From contig CAYZNT010000009.1 in NCBI GenBank assembly GCA_964479735.1, positions 41,349-105,348 on the forward strand: a DNA stretch of 64,000 bases, given 5' to 3'. The translations under genes were made by a program, and so were the position numbers. A model generated the notes under the pieces. It made no database searches, was not told the origin of the DNA, and saw only the letters and a program-made list of their open reading frames with translations. Shown piece by piece: positions 29,367 through 38,909 of the stretch (position 1 is its first letter; the number at the start of each line of letters is the position of its first letter). This DNA is from an uncultured Clostridia bacterium (GTDB lineage: Bacteria; Acidobacteriota; Aminicenantia; UBA2199).

Positions 29367-32300
29367 ATGCCCAAAACCAAGGAACCGAGCGGACGCCATG
29401 CCGGCCCCCGTCCCCGAGGCGTCAAGCCGGCAACCGGAACGGCTCCGGGAACCCGGAAACGCCCGGCGCGGCGGCCTGACCTCGCCTTTTTTTCCAGCGT
29501 GGTGGAAGACCTGCACTGCATCGCGGGCCTGGATGGGAGCCTGGCGTACGTCAACGAGGCCTGGGAGCGGGTACTGGGATTCCGCCGGGTCGAACTCGAG
29601 GCGGGGCGGTTCTTCGATTACGTCCACCCCGACGACCGGGAGCGCACGCAGGAGGCGGTTTCCCGGCTCCGGACGCGGCGGCGGGTCATCGACTTCGTCA
29701 ACCGCTACCGCTGCCGCGACGGGTCCTACCGCTGGCTGGAGTGGCGCGCCGCCGTCCGCGGCCGGGAAATCTACGCCACCGCCCGCGACATCACCGGACG
29801 GCGCCAGGCGGAGGAGGCGCTGCGGCTGAGCGAAGAGCGCCTGCGTCTGGCCCACAAGGCCACCAACGACGTGGTGTGGGACTGGGACATCGCCAACGAC
29901 TCCCAGCGCTGGAACGAGGCGGGGGCGGTGGTCTTCGGCTGGACGGAGATCGTCGAGCGCCCGGTCACCGCCGCCTGGTGGCTGGAGCGGGTCCATCCCG
30001 ATGACCGGGAGCGGGTAAACCGCGGCTTCTGTGCCGTGCTGGAAGATCCGCAGGCCTTCAGCTGGGAGGACGAGTACCGGTTCCGCCGCGCGGACGGGAG
30101 CTACGCCCGGGTCGCCGACCACGGGTTCGTGATGAGGGATGCCGGGGGCCAGGCGGCCCGCATGGTCGGCGCCATGCAGGACATCAGCCTGCGCCGGCAG
30201 CAGGAGGAGGCCCTGCGCGCCAGCGAGGCCTTCCGCTCCCTGCTGCTCGACACCCTGCCCATCCCCTTCTTCTTCAAGGACACGGAGGGCCGCTACCAGC
30301 AGTGCAACCGCGCCTTCGAGTCCTTTCTGGGAACGACCCGCGAGCGGATCATCGGCAAGAGCGTATTCGATGTCAGTCCCCCGGAGCGGGCCATGGTCTA
30401 CCATGCCCAGGACGCGGTGCTCTTCGAGAACGTGGGCACGCAAATCTACGAGTCCCAGGTGCAGACCGCCCAGGGGATGCGCGACGTGGTGTTCCACAAG
30501 GCGAGCCTCACGGCCGGTGACGGGACCATCATCGGCCTGATCGGCGTCATCCTGGACATCTCCGACCGCCGGCGCGCCGCGGAGGCCCTGCAGGCTAGCG
30601 AGGAGAAACTGCACCGGCTGTTCGACACCATGGACCAGGGCGTGGTCTACCACGGCGCCGACGGCCGAATCACCGACGCCAACCCGGCGGCCCTGCGAAT
30701 CCTCGGCCTCTCCCTGGAGCAGATCCTGGGCCGGACGTCCCTCGATCCCCGCTGGCGGACCGTTCGCGAAGACGGCTCGCCCTTCCCCGGCGATCAGCAT
30801 CCTGCCTCGGTCGCCCTGCGCAGCGGGCAACCGGTCCGCGACGTCATCATGGGGGTGTTCCATCCCGGGGAGAACGAGACCCGCTGGATCCTGGTCGGCG
30901 CCAGCCCCCTCTGCCGGGCTGGCGAGACCATCCCCTTCCAGGCGATCGCGACGTTCACCGACATCACCGCCCGCATGCGGGCCGAGACCGCCCTCGCCGA
31001 GCGGGAGTTCTGGCTGAGCGAATCGCAGCGGGCGGGCCGCATCGCCACCTATCACCTGGACATCGCCGCCGACCGGTGGCGTTGTACACCGGTCCTGGAG
31101 GAGATTTTCGGCATTCCCCCCGATTATCCCCGGACGGTCCGCTCCTGGGACGAGCTCGTCCACCCCGAGCAGCGGAAGTCGATGCTGGCCTACTTTCGAG
31201 AGGAGGTGATCGGCAAACGCCAGCCGTTCGACCGCGAGTACCGGATCCGGCGGCCGCTGGACGGCCAGGAACGCTGGGTCTACGGCCGCGGCGAGCTGCA
31301 GCTGGACGAGCACGGCGAACCGGTGGCCATGATCGGCACCATCCAGGATGTCACCGGGCGCAAGCGGGTGGAGGAGGAGTTGCGCCACAGCGAGCGGCGC
31401 TTGAGGGCCATCGTGGACTCCGCCCCGTTCGGGGCCCATATCTACCAGCTGGATGAGGATGGCCGGCTGGTGTTCGTCGGCGCCAACCGGGCCGCCGACG
31501 CCATCCTGGGCGTCGACCACCAAGACTTCGTCGGCCAGACCATCGAGCAGGCGTTCCCGCCGCTGCGCGGAACGAGGATCCCCGACGCCTATCGCCGTGT
31601 GGCCCGGGGCAGCGGCAGTTACGTGGCCGACCAGGTGGACTACGACGGGAAGACCATCCGCGGCGCCTTCGAGGTCCATGCCGTGCAGATCGGGCCGGCG
31701 CGCATGGCCGCCTTCTTCCGGGACATCACCGAGCGCGTGCGGGCCGAGGCCGCGTTGCGTGAGAGCGAGGCGAAATACCGCCACCAGGCCAGCCTGCTCG
31801 ACATGGCCCACGACGCCATCGTGGTCCGCGACCTGGACGACCGCATCGTCTACTGGAACCAGGGCGCCGAGCGGCTGTACGGGTGGACGGCCGCCGAGAC
31901 CATCGGGCAAGGCGTTCGCGGACGGTTCTTCCGTGACCCGTCCCGGTTCGACGAGGCCAAGCGCCGGCTGCTGGCCGAAGGCGAGTGGAGCGGGGAGATC
32001 CAGCACCTCACCCGAAGCGGCGAGGAGATCACGGTCAGCAGCCGCTGGAGCCTGATGCGCAGCGCCGACGGCCAACCCGAGGCGGTGCTGGTCATCAACA
32101 CCGACGTCACCCAGCGCAAGAAGCTGGAGTCGCAGCTGCTGCAGGCCCAGAAGATGGAGGCCATCGGCCGGCTGGCCGGGGGGGTGGCCCACGATTTCAA
32201 CAACCTGCTGACGGTCATTCTGGGTTTCACCCAGCTGCAGCTGATGCGGGACGACCTGGACCCGGATGCGCGCGGCAACCTGCAGCACATCCTGCAGGCC

Positions 32301-33287
32301 GCCGAGGGAGCCAGCGGTTTGACCCGCCAGCTGCTGGCCTTCAGCCGCAAGCAGGTGATGCAGCCGCGCGAGCTCGACCTGAACGAAGTCGTCAATCGCC
32401 AGGCGCACATGCTGCGGCGCATCATCGGCGAAGACATTTCCCTGTCCATATCCGCGTCGCCCCGCCTGCCGGCGATCCAGGCCGACCCCGGCATGGTCGA
32501 GCAGGTGGTGATGAACCTGGCCATCAACGCCCGTGACGCCATGCCGGGGGGTGGTCAGCTGCGCATGACGGCCGGCACGGTGACCCTGAAGGATTCCGAC
32601 TTGGCCAGCCATCCCCGGGGGCGCCCCGGGGCGTTCGTCTGCCTGGAGGTGACGGACACGGGGTGCGGCATGCCGGCGGAGGTGCTGAACCAGCTGTTCG
32701 AGCCGTTCTTCACCACCAAGGAGGCGGGCAAGGGGACCGGGCTGGGTCTGGCCACCGTCTACGGCATCGTCGAGCAGCACGGGGGCTGGGTCGAGGTGGA
32801 GAGCCGCGTCGACCTCGGCTCCACCTTCCGCGTCTTCTTCCCTCCCCTGGCCGGCGATCGGCGCGACGACGGCGATCAGCCGGCCGCCCGGAACGCGGGT
32901 GGCGGCAGCGAGACGCTGCTCCTGGCCGAGGACGAGGCCATGGTCCGCTCCATCGCCCGCGACTATCTGACCCATCTCGGGTACCGCGTGCTGGAGGCCG
33001 AATCCGGCCCGGCCGCGCTCGTCTTGTGGGCGGCGCACGAGACGGAGATCGACCTGCTGATCACCGACATCGTCATGCCCGGGGGCATGTCCGGACCGGA
33101 ACTGGCGGCCCGGCTGAAGCGCGACCGGCCCGGGCTGGGCGTGATCTTCTCCAGCGGGTATTCCAGCGAGGCCAAGCTGGACGGCCTCGAACTGCGGGAG
33201 GGGGAGAACTTCCTCCGCAAGCCGTTCCTGCTGCGGGGGCTGGCCGAGACGGTCCGCCGGGCCCTGGATCAGAAGAGAGAGTCGTAG
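29367..33287 (+). CDS. Large multi-PAS sensor histidine kinase with C-terminal REC (at least 7 PAS/PAC, then HisKA-HATPase-REC)
   Basis: 1306 aa. Repeated PAS/PAC units are followed by an H-box, HATPase and REC that are near-identical to the C-terminal 480 aa of the upstream hybrid kinase. Confidence 0.88.
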   Translation: MPKTKEPSGRHAGPRPRGVKPATGTAPGTRKRPARRPDLAFFSSVVEDLHCIAGLDGSLAYVNEAWERVLGFRRVELEAGRFFDYVHPDDRERTQEAVSRLRTRRRVIDFVNRYRCRDGSYRWLEWRAAVRGREIYATARDITGRRQAEEALRLSEERLRLAHKATNDVVWDWDIANDSQRWNEAGAVVFGWTEIVERPVTAAWWLERVHPDDRERVNRGFCAVLEDPQAFSWEDEYRFRRADGSYARVADHGFVMRDAGGQAARMVGAMQDISLRRQQEEALRASEAFRSLLLDTLPIPFFFKDTEGRYQQCNRAFESFLGTTRERIIGKSVFDVSPPERAMVYHAQDAVLFENVGTQIYESQVQTAQGMRDVVFHKASLTAGDGTIIGLIGVILDISDRRRAAEALQASEEKLHRLFDTMDQGVVYHGADGRITDANPAALRILGLSLEQILGRTSLDPRWRTVREDGSPFPGDQHPASVALRSGQPVRDVIMGVFHPGENETRWILVGASPLCRAGETIPFQAIATFTDITARMRAETALAEREFWLSESQRAGRIATYHLDIAADRWRCTPVLEEIFGIPPDYPRTVRSWDELVHPEQRKSMLAYFREEVIGKRQPFDREYRIRRPLDGQERWVYGRGELQLDEHGEPVAMIGTIQDVTGRKRVEEELRHSERRLRAIVDSAPFGAHIYQLDEDGRLVFVGANRAADAILGVDHQDFVGQTIEQAFPPLRGTRIPDAYRRVARGSGSYVADQVDYDGKTIRGAFEVHAVQIGPARMAAFFRDITERVRAEAALRESEAKYRHQASLLDMAHDAIVVRDLDDRIVYWNQGAERLYGWTAAETIGQGVRGRFFRDPSRFDEAKRRLLAEGEWSGEIQHLTRSGEEITVSSRWSLMRSADGQPEAVLVINTDVTQRKKLESQLLQAQKMEAIGRLAGGVAHDFNNLLTVILGFTQLQLMRDDLDPDARGNLQHILQAAEGASGLTRQLLAFSRKQVMQPRELDLNEVVNRQAHMLRRIIGEDISLSISASPRLPAIQADPGMVEQVVMNLAINARDAMPGGGQLRMTAGTVTLKDSDLASHPRGRPGAFVCLEVTDTGCGMPAEVLNQLFEPFFTTKEAGKGTGLGLATVYGIVEQHGGWVEVESRVDLGSTFRVFFPPLAGDRRDDGDQPAARNAGGGSETLLLAEDEAMVRSIARDYLTHLGYRVLEAESGPAALVLWAAHETEIDLLITDIVMPGGMSGPELAARLKRDRPGLGVIFSSGYSSEAKLDGLELREGENFLRKPFLLRGLAETVRRALDQKRES
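31780..33287 (+). repeat. Copy 2 of the duplicated PAS-HisKA-HATPase-REC module, paralogous to 27840-29347
   Basis: See copy 1. The two copies are direct repeats about 3.9 kb apart. Confidence 0.85.
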
Positions 33288-34186
33288 AGGCGGCGGTTGA
33301 TCTCCCCCTCGCTGGCCGGCAGGCCGGGAAAGACCTCGGCCCACATCGCTTCGTCCTCCATGCACAGGTAGAGGGGGATGTCCCGGGACACCTCGCGCGC
33401 GATGTGTGCGCGCAGGTGCCGGAACAGTTCCAGCCGCAGCGGACGCAGGTAGCGGTACTTGCCGTCGAAGCCGGGCACGAGCTCGCCCCAGAAGAGCCGC
33501 GAGCCGCCGTGCCGGAAAAGGTGCGGCCGCAGGGCGGGGGGAAACCGAAGCGCGCCCAGGCTCCACCAGGCGACGCGGCCGGGGTCCAGTTTCCGGGCCA
33601 GCTCCCGCACCAGGCCGGCGTAATGCCGCTTCCAGCCGGGGAAAAGCAGCAGCGGATCGAAATGGACGGCCACACGGAAGCCCTTGGCCTGGACGGCGGC
33701 CAGGGCGGCCAGGCGGGCCGCCAGAGGCGGGGCGCCGTGCTCCTCGCGGGCGATCGCCGGCGCCGGGTTGAGAGACCAGGAGACGACGACATTGGCCGGC
33801 GCCCGGGGGAGTTCCAGCAGCCCGGCGATGCGGTCGGATTTGGTCTTGAGCTCGAGCACGGCCCGGGGGAAGCGGGAGAACAGCCGGCACAGGCGCGCGG
33901 CCGTCCCGGTCCGGTCGTCCCAGGCCAGCGAATCGCTCAACTCGCCGGTGCCGATGCGCACGCGGTCGCGGCGGGCCGTGAACTCCCGGAGCTCCCGCTC
34001 CAGCCCGCTCCAGTCGCCGCGGAAGCGCGGTCGCTTGTCGGGCAGGTAGGCCTGCAGGATGCAGTAGGAGCAGTCGTAGGGACAGCCGCTCTGCAGATCG
34101 AGGTTCCAGTACCCGCAGGAGACGGCGCCCGGCGAGCAGGGACAATGGCGCAGGAACGGGCCGCGCTCGGTCGGAGGGGCGTCCAT
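33269..34186 (-). CDS. Radical SAM protein, spore-photoproduct-lyase-like family (COG1533-like)
   Basis: CPYDCSYC (CxxxCxxC) near the N-terminus, about 305 aa. Its 3' end overlaps the convergent kinase gene by about 19 nt. The start is 2 nt after the glycerate kinase stop (TGAGCATG). Confidence 0.7.
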   Translation of the reverse strand: MDAPPTERGPFLRHCPCSPGAVSCGYWNLDLQSGCPYDCSYCILQAYLPDKRPRFRGDWSGLERELREFTARRDRVRIGTGELSDSLAWDDRTGTAARLCRLFSRFPRAVLELKTKSDRIAGLLELPRAPANVVVSWSLNPAPAIAREEHGAPPLAARLAALAAVQAKGFRVAVHFDPLLLFPGWKRHYAGLVRELARKLDPGRVAWWSLGALRFPPALRPHLFRHGGSRLFWGELVPGFDGKYRYLRPLRLELFRHLRAHIAREVSRDIPLYLCMEDEAMWAEVFPGLPASEGEINRRLYDSLF

Positions 34187-34188
34187 GC

Positions 34189-35538
34189 TCAGGGAATGGC
34201 GAACAGGCGCAGGTCCATGACGTTGGTGCGGGTGGGGCCGGTGATGACCAGCTGCCCGAGGGCGGCGAAGAACCCGTAGGAGTCGTTGTTCTGCAGGTGG
34301 CGGTCGATGTCCAGCCCCAGGCGGGCGGCGCGCGCCGCCGTCCGCTGGTCGATCCAGGCCCCGGCGGCGGGGGTGGGTCCGTCGATGCCGTCGCTGCCCA
34401 TGCTGAGGGCGAAGAAGGGGCGGGAGGTCTCGCCGCCGAGCTGCCGGAGCAGGTGCAGCATGAACTCCTGGTTGCGGCCCCCCCGGCCCCGGCCGCGCAC
34501 GGTCACGGTCAGCTCCCCGCCGGCGATCAGCAGAAGCGGAGGCCGGCCGGGCTTCCGCCGGGCCAGCGCCCGGCGCACGGCGTCGGCGTACACCAGGGCC
34601 GCCGCGGCGGCGTCGCCGCGGTCCTCCGCGCTGAGCAGGCGCGCCTGGAAGCCGAGCCCGGCGGCAACCTGGCGCGCCGCTTCCAGCATCCGGCGGTTGT
34701 CGCCGATCCGGTGGCAGGTCCCGCCGGTCAGCAGCAGGTCCCCGGGCTTGGGGGTCTCGGGCAGCCGGCCGCGCCGTCCGGCGGCGAAGAAGCCGCGGAG
34801 CGTTGGGCGGATTCGCGTGAGCAGATCGTACTTGGCCAGGATCTGCCAGCACTGGGCGAAGGTGGAGGAGTCGCCCACGGTCGGCCCCGAGCCGACGTCC
34901 TCGAGGGGGGAGCCGACGATGTCGGAGAGCACCAGGGTGACGTGGCGGGTTGGGTAGAGGGCCTCGGCCAGGCGCCCGCCCTTGATGGCCGACAGGTGCT
35001 TGCGCAGGCAGTTGATCTCGCGGACATCGGCGCCGGCGGCCAGCAGCAGCCGGGTCAGTTGCCTCTTGGCGGCCAGCGGCACGCCGGGCATCGGCAGGGC
35101 GGCCAGGGCCGACGCCCCGCCGCCGACCAGCACGAAGACCAGGTCTCCGGGGGCGACCCGGCGGCGCGCGTAGGCGAGCAGGGCGCGGCCCGCCCGCAGG
35201 CTGCGCCGGCCGGGAAGGGGATGGTCGCCGGCCAGGAAAGAGACCCGCGGGTGGCGGAAGGCGTGCGCGTCCAGCGAAACGACGAGGCCGCCGTCCATCG
35301 GCCGCCGCAGCGCCCGCTCCAGGCCGCGAAACAGGAACGGCGCCGCCTTGCCGATGGCCAGCACGTGAATGCGCCGCTTCTCCAGCCGGGCCGCCTCGCG
35401 ACCGCCGACGAGCAGCTGCTGGCCGCGCCGGCTGACCTCGAGCGGCACCAGCCGCAGCGGGTCGACGGCGGCCAGCGCCCGGCGCCACACCCGCCGGCAG
35501 GCCGGCTTAACGCCCCTGGATGCGGGCGGTGACGACAT
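34189..35538 (-). CDS. Glycerate kinase, MOFRL family (glycerate 2-kinase / TtuD-like)
   Basis: DUF4147-like N-terminus plus MOFRL C-terminus (...LLIAGGELTVTVRGRGRGGRNQEF...SMGSDGIDGPT). The start is ambiguous: ATG 35538 or TTG 35550 (both overlap dcd), or GTG 35490. Confidence 0.75.
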   Translation of the reverse strand: MSSPPASRGVKPACRRVWRRALAAVDPLRLVPLEVSRRGQQLLVGGREAARLEKRRIHVLAIGKAAPFLFRGLERALRRPMDGGLVVSLDAHAFRHPRVSFLAGDHPLPGRRSLRAGRALLAYARRRVAPGDLVFVLVGGGASALAALPMPGVPLAAKRQLTRLLLAAGADVREINCLRKHLSAIKGGRLAEALYPTRHVTLVLSDIVGSPLEDVGSGPTVGDSSTFAQCWQILAKYDLLTRIRPTLRGFFAAGRRGRLPETPKPGDLLLTGGTCHRIGDNRRMLEAARQVAAGLGFQARLLSAEDRGDAAAAALVYADAVRRALARRKPGRPPLLLIAGGELTVTVRGRGRGGRNQEFMLHLLRQLGGETSRPFFALSMGSDGIDGPTPAAGAWIDQRTAARAARLGLDIDRHLQNNDSYGFFAALGQLVITGPTRTNVMDLRLFAIP

Positions 35539-36064
35539 CGTCCTGGCCAAGGTACTTCCCGTCCAGCTCGTCGTAGGCGCGAAGCGGGGGCTCTTCGCCG
35601 CCGAAAAAGACGAGCTGCACGATGCCCTGGTTCGCGTAGAGGCGCACCGGCGCCGGGCCGCAGTTGGCGATGGAGATGGTCAGGTAGCCGTGCCATCCCG
35701 GCTCGAGCGGGGTCACGTTGACCAGGATGCCGCACCTCGCGTAGGTGGACTTGCCGAAGGCCAGCCCGAGGACCTGGCGCGGCATGCGGATGTATTCCAG
35801 GCTGCGGCCGAGGATGAAGTGCCCGGCGGGAAGCTCGATGACCCCGGCGCGCCGCGCCTGCCACTCCTCGTCGCGGATTGCGTGCGGGTCGAGCGGGGCG
35901 CCGCACTCCGAACGGACGCGGAAACCGGCGTCCAGGCGCAGGTCGTAGCCGTAGGGGCCCAGGCCCCAGGAGATGACCCCGTCGCGCACCGAGCGGTCGC
36001 TGAAGGGCTCGATCATGCGGTCCAGCCGGCAGCGATCGAGGATCCAGGAAGAGGACTTGAGCAT
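35507..36064 (-). CDS. dcd: dCTP deaminase
   Basis: ...GLGPYGYDLRL...GRSLEYIRMP...GKSTYARCGILVNVTPLEPGWHGYLTISIAN..., 185 aa. Confidence 0.9.
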   Translation of the reverse strand: MLKSSSWILDRCRLDRMIEPFSDRSVRDGVISWGLGPYGYDLRLDAGFRVRSECGAPLDPHAIRDEEWQARRAGVIELPAGHFILGRSLEYIRMPRQVLGLAFGKSTYARCGILVNVTPLEPGWHGYLTISIANCGPAPVRLYANQGIVQLVFFGGEEPPLRAYDELDGKYLGQDDVVTARIQGR

Positions 36065-36946
36065 TCAGACGATGGAGAAACGGGCCACTTTCAGGCTGAT
36101 CTGGGAGTTGAGCTTGGTCAGGTACTTGATGTCGTTGACCAGGTCCTTGGAAAACTTGGTCACGTACCGCACGTAGCTGTTCTCCTCGCGCAGGCGCAGC
36201 CGGTTCTCGAAGTCCTGGGTGAAGTCGCGCAGCTCGACCATCAGGTTCTGGATGTGCAGCAGGTTGTCCGCCGTCTCCGCCAGGGTCACCGTCGGCGCGG
36301 TCTTGAGGTCGCAGCGGGGCAGCAGCTTGATTCGCTCCAGCGCCTCGCCGCAGACGTCCTTGGCCAGGTAGTCGATCTCGTCCAGGTCGGATTTCTTGTA
36401 ATCGTCGTAGTAGCGCAGCTTGTGCTTGGCGCGCTCCTGGATCTTGGCGTTCTGCTCCAGGATGGAATGGAAGTACTCGTTCAGCCCGAGGTACTCCTTG
36501 GCGAACTTCTCCAGCTCGACGAAGACGCGGCCGAGGTAGATCTTGTCGTTGTAGGCGTTCTGCAGCTCGTCCTGGTAGTGGGAGTAGAGCTTCACCTCGA
36601 AGCGGCCGTTGCCGCGGTGGATCATGCGGGCGATGAGGATGTCCTGCTCGCCGGAGAGGTAGTAGGCGTTTTCCTCGATGACCGCGCTGTAGACGAACAG
36701 GGTGTTGAGGATGAACTCGCGCAAGGAGTCGAGGAGCGCTTCGTCGTCCTTGATGAAGGACTCCAGCTCGCGGAACGATTCCCCGCGCAGCAGGGTGTAG
36801 AGGGGGGAGAGCAGGTAGTTTTCACCCTTGAACTGGAATTCGTAGTGGAAATTTTCGGCGATGCGCCGGTAGAGGTTGACGTGCGGGATGGCGGGGTGGT
36901 CCAACTTGCGGCCGCTGAACGATTTCAAGGTCTTTAGCGTTTCCAC
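36065..36946 (-). CDS. Conserved hypothetical protein, about 293 aa, unusually rich in Lys/Tyr/Asn/Phe/Glu
   Basis: Probable GTG start at 36946, with a GGAGG RBS 7-8 nt upstream. Its stop abuts the dcd start (TGAATG). Codon usage is native despite the atypical amino-acid composition. I recognise no family. Confidence 0.55.
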   Translation of the reverse strand: METLKTLKSFSGRKLDHPAIPHVNLYRRIAENFHYEFQFKGENYLLSPLYTLLRGESFRELESFIKDDEALLDSLREFILNTLFVYSAVIEENAYYLSGEQDILIARMIHRGNGRFEVKLYSHYQDELQNAYNDKIYLGRVFVELEKFAKEYLGLNEYFHSILEQNAKIQERAKHKLRYYDDYKKSDLDEIDYLAKDVCGEALERIKLLPRCDLKTAPTVTLAETADNLLHIQNLMVELRDFTQDFENRLRLREENSYVRYVTKFSKDLVNDIKYLTKLNSQISLKVARFSIV

Positions 36947-37008
36947 GGGAGGCCCTCCGCCTCCATTATAGGGAAGGGGGATGGAAAAGTAAAGGTGCCG
37001 CCGCGGAG

Positions 37009-37037
37009 TTGACAACGCGAACCGCTTTTCATAAGAT
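37009..37037 (+). promoter_or_regulatory. Sigma70-like promoter (TTGACA, 17 bp spacer, TAAGAT) upstream of the gene at 37052
   Basis: TTGACA at 37009-37014 and TAAGAT at 37032-37037. Confidence 0.5.
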
Positions 37038-37051
37038 GACGGTTCGGCGCC

Positions 37052-37405
37052 ATGAAAAACGCCTTGCGCTTCGCCTTTCCGCCCGCGTTCGCGGCCCTCA
37101 ACGGCCTGCTCCACCGCACCCTCTTCCCGCCGGTGGCCGGGGGCGTCGGGGACGCCGCCGCCGGGCTCGTGGTGGCCGCCGCCCTGGCCTGGAGCGCGAT
37201 GATCTTCATCCGCTCCCCGCAGCTGCGGTGGGCCAAGGCCGGATGGGCCGCCCTGGGCGTGGTTGGGGCCTTCGCCCTGGCCGAGGCGGCGCGGGTGCCC
37301 GCCGGCGAGAGGTTCTGGCTGCGGGCGATGGCCGGCCTGGTCCTGTTCGGAGTGGCCGGCATCCAGCTCTACCTGACGATCCTGCGGCGCGACAAGGCCG
37401 CCTGA
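37052..37405 (+). CDS. Small hydrophobic membrane protein (hypothetical)
   Basis: 117 aa with 3 predicted TM helices, Ala/Gly/Leu rich. Confidence 0.45.
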   Translation: MKNALRFAFPPAFAALNGLLHRTLFPPVAGGVGDAAAGLVVAAALAWSAMIFIRSPQLRWAKAGWAALGVVGAFALAEAARVPAGERFWLRAMAGLVLFGVAGIQLYLTILRRDKAA

Positions 37406-37503
37406 TCGCGGACGAATCCCCCCCGTCCTCCGATTTCCGTTGAAAACAAAAATATTAACGATATATTATTCTTGGCGAAACAGTGGCCCTGTCAGGAGGT
37501 CTC

Positions 37504-37899
37504 GTGTACAGGATCGAAAAGAAGCCCTATGGCTTCCACATCAGCTTCGACGGTTTCATCAAGGCCGAGGAGATGGCCCAGTGGGTGACGGAGTCCGGAG
37601 CCGCGCTCGCGGACGTGCGCGGCCACTTCGGGGTTTTCGTCGACATGCGCAACCTGAAGCCGCTGCCGCAGGAGGCGAAGTCGATCATGGAAACCGGCCA
37701 GAAGATGTACAAGGCCAAGGGCATGCAGCGCTCGGTGGTGGCCGTGGAGTCGGCCGTGGTGGCCATGCAGTTCAAAAAGCTGGCCCAGGAGAGCGGCATC
37801 TACGAGTGGGAACGCTATCTTGACGTCTCGAAGACGCCGAACTGGCAGGAGGTCGGCCGGGAGTGGCTGGAGAAGGGGGTCGACCCGGACAAGAAGTAG
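37504..37899 (+). CDS. Hypothetical protein, about 131 aa
   Basis: GTG start at 37504, preceded by an AGGAGG RBS. It follows an AT-rich promoter-like stretch (37440-37475). Confidence 0.5.
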   Translation: MYRIEKKPYGFHISFDGFIKAEEMAQWVTESGAALADVRGHFGVFVDMRNLKPLPQEAKSIMETGQKMYKAKGMQRSVVAVESAVVAMQFKKLAQESGIYEWERYLDVSKTPNWQEVGREWLEKGVDPDKK

Positions 37900-37905
37900 C
37901 GGGGC

Positions 37906-38835
37906 CTAACGGGGGCCCGAACCGGGACGGTACACGTCCGGTTCGATGAAAATGCGCTGCACTTCCGGGTGGCGGCGCCGGATGTCGGCCTCGAAGGCGT
38001 TGATCAGGTTGGCCACCTGGGCGGCGTTGAGCCGGGCGTTGAACTCGGCCTTGATCGCCAGCAGCACGTCGTCCGGGCCCATCTGCAGGGAGCGGATGTG
38101 GATGACCCGCTCCACGCTCTCTTCCTGGCGCATCATCTGCATGACCTGGCGGAGCAGGCGGGGGTCGGCGCTCTCGCCGATGATCAGCGATTTCGTTTCG
38201 TAGCCGACGAACAGGGCCACCACCGCCAGCAGCAGGCCGATCAGGATCGAGGCCAGGGCATCGAATACCAGGATGCCGGTGAAGTACTCCGCCGCGAGCA
38301 GGCCCAGCGCGATCGCCAAACCGGCCAGGGCGGCGAGGTCCTCGAGGAAGACCACGATCAGTTCCGCCCGCTTGCAGCGCCGCAGGTAGGTGAAGAGCCC
38401 CATCCGCCCCTTCTCCGCCTTGATGCGGCGGTAGGCCAGCCGGAAGGAGAGGGATTCGGCGACGATCGAGAGGCCCAGGACCAGGAACGCCCAGTGCGGG
38501 CGCCGCAGCGGCTCGGGATGCATCAGCTTGTGCACGCCCTCGAAGACGGAGAAGACGGCGCCGACGGTGAACAGGAACACGGCCACGATGAAGGACCAGA
38601 AATAGGTTTCTCCGGAAAAGCCGAACGGGTGCAGGTCGTCGGCCCTGCGCCGCGCCTGGCGCAGGCCGATGTACAGCAGTACCTGGTTCAGGGTGTCGGC
38701 GCAGGAGTGGATGGCCTCGGCCAGCATGGCCGAGGAGCGGGTCACCGCCGCCACCACGAACTTCACCGCGGCGATGAACAGGTTGGCGAAAAACGCCGCC
38801 AGCACGATGGAAAGGGAGCTCGAGCGCTGTTTCAT
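37906..38835 (-). CDS. Cation diffusion facilitator (CDF) family divalent-metal efflux transporter
   Basis: 6 TM helices, the HSCADTLNQV motif in TM2, and a C-terminal cytoplasmic domain, about 309 aa. Confidence 0.85.
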   Translation of the reverse strand: MKQRSSSLSIVLAAFFANLFIAAVKFVVAAVTRSSAMLAEAIHSCADTLNQVLLYIGLRQARRRADDLHPFGFSGETYFWSFIVAVFLFTVGAVFSVFEGVHKLMHPEPLRRPHWAFLVLGLSIVAESLSFRLAYRRIKAEKGRMGLFTYLRRCKRAELIVVFLEDLAALAGLAIALGLLAAEYFTGILVFDALASILIGLLLAVVALFVGYETKSLIIGESADPRLLRQVMQMMRQEESVERVIHIRSLQMGPDDVLLAIKAEFNARLNAAQVANLINAFEADIRRRHPEVQRIFIEPDVYRPGSGPR

Positions 38836-38909
38836 GAACGGCCCATTGTATGCCGGACGGCGCCCGCTTGTCAATGCGGGCATTCCCTTCCGGCCCGCGG
38901 CGGCGTATC

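Noticed and set aside
36065-37114. Full 349-aa version of the hypothetical protein with an N-terminal extension
   Set aside because: The extension (MEQAVEGRERGRK...) overlaps the divergent promoter of the gene at 37052 and lacks an RBS. The GTG at 36946 with a GGAGG RBS gives a more plausible 293-aa product.
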